From NCBI GenBank assembly GCA_024653825.1, contig JANLHF010000016.1, positions 1 through 36,588 of the forward strand: a DNA stretch of 36,588 nucleotides, written 5' to 3'. The translations under genes were made by a program, and so were the position numbers. The first letter of the stretch is position 1; the number at the start of each line of letters is the position of its first letter. Below the pieces are notes generated by a model, which saw only the letters and a program-made list of their open reading frames with translations, was not told the DNA's origin and made no database searches. Source of the stretch: Patescibacteria group bacterium. Its GTDB lineage: Bacteria; Patescibacteriota; Minisyncoccia; Phycocordibacterales; Phycocordibacteraceae. This document shows, piece by piece, positions 34,402 through 36,588 of the stretch.

Positions 34402-35256
34402 TTATCCTTTCGTATGGATGACGCGTTGCGGGAATGGTATCTCGATGCCCGCCTTGTCGAAGGCGATCTTAAGACGCTTACGATACTCGCCGGCGACTGC
34501 CCACTGCCGAAGCGGCATCGTATCGCCGAGCACCTTCACGATGATGGACGAGTCAGCGAAGTCGTCTACGCGTTCAAATTTGACGGGTTTGATGATGTCG
34601 TCCTTCCACGCCGGATCTGCGGAGAGATCTTCCCCGACCGCGTTGACGACGCTGATGACCTTTTCCAGATCGCTGTCATAGGCGACCCCCACGTTAAGGT
34701 TCACGCGAGCAAATTCCTTAGAAAGATTGGAGACCTTGTTTACGGTGCCGTGCGATACGTGGTGGACGGTACCGTCGAGATCGCGGAGCGTCGCCATACG
34801 AATGCTGACATCCTCTACGAGCCCGCAGGTATCGTCGAGACAAACGACGTCGCCGACACGATACTGATTTTCAAGGATGATAAAGAGTCCAGCGACTGTG
34901 TCGCGGATAAGATACTGCCCGCCGAAGCCGATGGCGAGACCGGCCACGCCGGCGGCCGCGAGCAAGGGGCCGATATCAAGACCGGCCTCCGAAAGCACCA
35001 TAAGAAACGCTACTACCCAAATGAGTGTTCCGAGCGTGCCTCTCGTTATTCGAATGAGTGTGTCTTCACGCTTCTTCTCTGCATCTTTTGAACGGAAGTG
35101 CTTCGCGGGCACAAGACGACGGATGACGCGCGCGAGCACGGCGCCGAGCACCCACTGTGCGACAAATGTGATAACGACAATCGCGACAATACTTACACCA
35201 TGGTCGGTGCCCCACGACACAAAGGCATTCTGAAATAGGGCGATATCAAACGTCAT
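34402..35256 (-). CDS. MscS-family small-conductance mechanosensitive channel
   Basis: AGVAGLAIGFGGQ.LIRD..AG.FI..ENQYRVGD, G.VEDV.IR...LRDLDG, GIEIPFPQ. Confidence 0.94.
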   Translation of the reverse strand: MTFDIALFQNAFVSWGTDHGVSIVAIVVITFVAQWVLGAVLARVIRRLVPAKHFRSKDAEKKREDTLIRITRGTLGTLIWVVAFLMVLSEAGLDIGPLLAAAGVAGLAIGFGGQYLIRDTVAGLFIILENQYRVGDVVCLDDTCGLVEDVSIRMATLRDLDGTVHHVSHGTVNKVSNLSKEFARVNLNVGVAYDSDLEKVISVVNAVGEDLSADPAWKDDIIKPVKFERVDDFADSSIIVKVLGDTMPLRQWAVAGEYRKRLKIAFDKAGIEIPFPQRVIHTKG

Positions 35257-35320
35257 ACCCCCACCCTACTAGGCTCCAGAAAATGTGCAACCGTTCGTTG
35301 CTATCTCATTACGCTGTCGG

Positions 35321-36031
35321 CTATGCCGCAGGCGCCTTTTCATCCTCTTTTTTGATAATCTTCTCCTCTTCTCTAATCACCTCTTTCGCGACGGTTTTCT
35401 TGACGGAGAACCGGAACATCGCGAACACGACCATCGCCGAGAAAACGACGCAAATAATGTTGACCAGAAAAAGAGCCATCGAGTTACTAAAGACCGTCCA
35501 ATCGAAAATCGAGAGAGCAACACCTGCAGCGGCTAACGGCGGAACAAGCGCGACTGATATCGCAACTCCCGGCAAGGTTTCATTCAGGTGCGGTTTTGTC
35601 ACCGCGAATGCGGCAGCAAACCCAGCAACAACGGCAACGAGAGCATACAGAAGCGACAATGACTCACCAGCAACGCCGAACGGGAAAACGATGGTGCTGT
35701 CGTGAGAAGAGAAAAAGAATCCGATGATAAATCCGGCGATAAGCGCATAGACGATCGACTTCACGATGGTATAGGTAGAATTAGTGACGAGCCTTTCGTC
35801 GGTAACGATGACCCCGAGCGCAAGTGAGAGGAGAGGATACAGGAGAGGCGCGATGAGCATGCTCCCGACGAGAATGACAGAATTATTGAGTAGGACACCA
35901 AAAGAAGCCATCGAGACCGAGAGCACAAGCATGAGGAAGAAATCATGCCGCGGTGTCGCATGCTGGATGATGCCCTCAACTGCGGCATTCTTCTCTATCT
36001 CGGTAACGTTGTGGAAGAGTCCTTGAAACAT
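35321..36031 (-). CDS. DUF389/TIGR00341 membrane protein
   Basis: GVLLNN.VILVGSMLIAPLL.P, LPGVAISVALVPPL, LF.VN. Confidence 0.92.
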   Translation of the reverse strand: MFQGLFHNVTEIEKNAAVEGIIQHATPRHDFFLMLVLSVSMASFGVLLNNSVILVGSMLIAPLLYPLLSLALGVIVTDERLVTNSTYTIVKSIVYALIAGFIIGFFFSSHDSTIVFPFGVAGESLSLLYALVAVVAGFAAAFAVTKPHLNETLPGVAISVALVPPLAAAGVALSIFDWTVFSNSMALFLVNIICVVFSAMVVFAMFRFSVKKTVAKEVIREEEKIIKKEDEKAPAA

Positions 36032-36047
36032 AAGCGTACCCGCAATA

Positions 36048-36284
36048 CTACCATACCAGGGTCAGTTTTTTCTCACGACGCCAGCCCTTAATCTCCGCTT
36101 CCCTTTTTGAAGCAGATGACCGATCTGGATATTTCTCGGTATATACAACCCTCACCGCCTCTTTCGCTCTGGTGTAATGGCCACCCATCCCGCTTTTATG
36201 TTCTTTAAACCGCCGCTCCACATCGGTCGTGATACCAGTATAGAGTGAGCCATCCTTACACTCGAGGAGATAGACGAAATACAT
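36048..36284 (-). CDS. Small GIY-YIG nuclease (UPF0213/YhbQ-like)
   Basis: YFVYLLEC.DGSLYTGIT.DVERRF.EH..G.G..YT, A.KRE.EIK. Confidence 0.92.
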   Translation of the reverse strand: MYFVYLLECKDGSLYTGITTDVERRFKEHKSGMGGHYTRAKEAVRVVYTEKYPDRSSASKREAEIKGWRREKKLTLVW

Positions 36285-36357
36285 ATGAGTATTCTACTCT
36301 GTTGAATAAACCGAGTCTTTAAAGTACAGTCTCTGTTGTAGGGTAAAGTATTACCAT

Positions 36358-36464
36358 TGCTAGATCGTCTAATGGTAAGCCCTTCGGGCTTTCTGCGGCG
36401 CTCGTTCGGAAAGGATGAATGCAGACATTCACCCCTTACCTCGCTTCGCTTGCAGTAGGACCTC
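36358..36464 (+). pseudogene. Duplicated tRNA-Gln 5' half interrupted in the D-loop
   Basis: 36356-36377 matches 36515-36536 at 21/22 nt; the match resumes as GTAGGACCTC at 36455-36464; no anticodon loop or T-arm follows. Confidence 0.75.
36378..36457. mobile_element. 80 bp miniature hairpin element inside the pseudo-tRNA
   Basis: GTA duplicated at both ends; GCTTTCT..CGCTCGTTC..hairpin..TCGCTTCGCTTG.AGTA shared with 13381-13448. Confidence 0.65.
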
Positions 36465-36516
36465 GATCCTCCTCATTGGATTGACCTGATAATGAGGTAG
36501 AGTGGTACTTATAGAT

Positions 36517-36588
36517 TGCCAGATCGTCTAATGGTAGGACCTCAGACTCTGAATCTGAGTATCTTGGTTCGAATCCAAGTCTGGCAGC
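36517..36588 (+). tRNA. tRNA-Gln(CUG)
   Basis: TGCCAGA/TCTGGCA-G acceptor, TCAGA-CT-CTG-AA-TCTGA anticodon arm, CTTGG-TTCGAAT-CCAAG T-arm. Confidence 0.95.

Noticed and set aside
36358-36480. Intron-containing functional tRNA-Gln
   Set aside because: After GGACCTC the sequence has no anticodon loop, T-arm or 3' acceptor strand, so excision would not give a tRNA.
1-36588. CRISPR array, integrase, transposase or prophage
   Set aside because: No regularly spaced direct repeats with unique spacers, and no ORF with recombinase, DDE, HUH or phage structural motifs.

Overview
A 36.6 kb chromosomal segment of roughly 55% GC (by eye). Compact gene packing, start codons right after the -10 box, and the gene content suggest a Patescibacteria/CPR (Parcubacteria-like) bacterium using code 11; the taxonomy is inference. 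It carries about 37 CDS: htpX-GGDEF-lemA, malic enzyme, recG, ftsH, smpB, pyrE, cfa, typA, NRAMP, ABC-F, a Met-rich peptide-ccdA-dipZ-msrA-msrB cluster, a peptidoglycan-peptidase cluster, tspO, mscS and a GIY-YIG nuclease. RNA genes are tRNA-Ser(GGA, truncated), a rare tRNA-Ile(UAU), a tmRNA with a long atypical tag, and tRNA-Gln(CUG). No integrase, transposase or CRISPR array was seen. The most unusual signals are: (i) tiny GCTTCGCT-tagged hairpin elements in a duplicated tRNA-Gln half, the typA leader, just after tmRNA and in frame in cfa; (ii) a gene-free 400 bp region with a promoter- and terminator-bounded three-way-junction small RNA; (iii) a possible methionine-peptide redox module sharing an operator with an XRE gene; (iv) a catalytically dead M14 peptidase paralog; (v) an orphan receiver protein with four membrane repeats.
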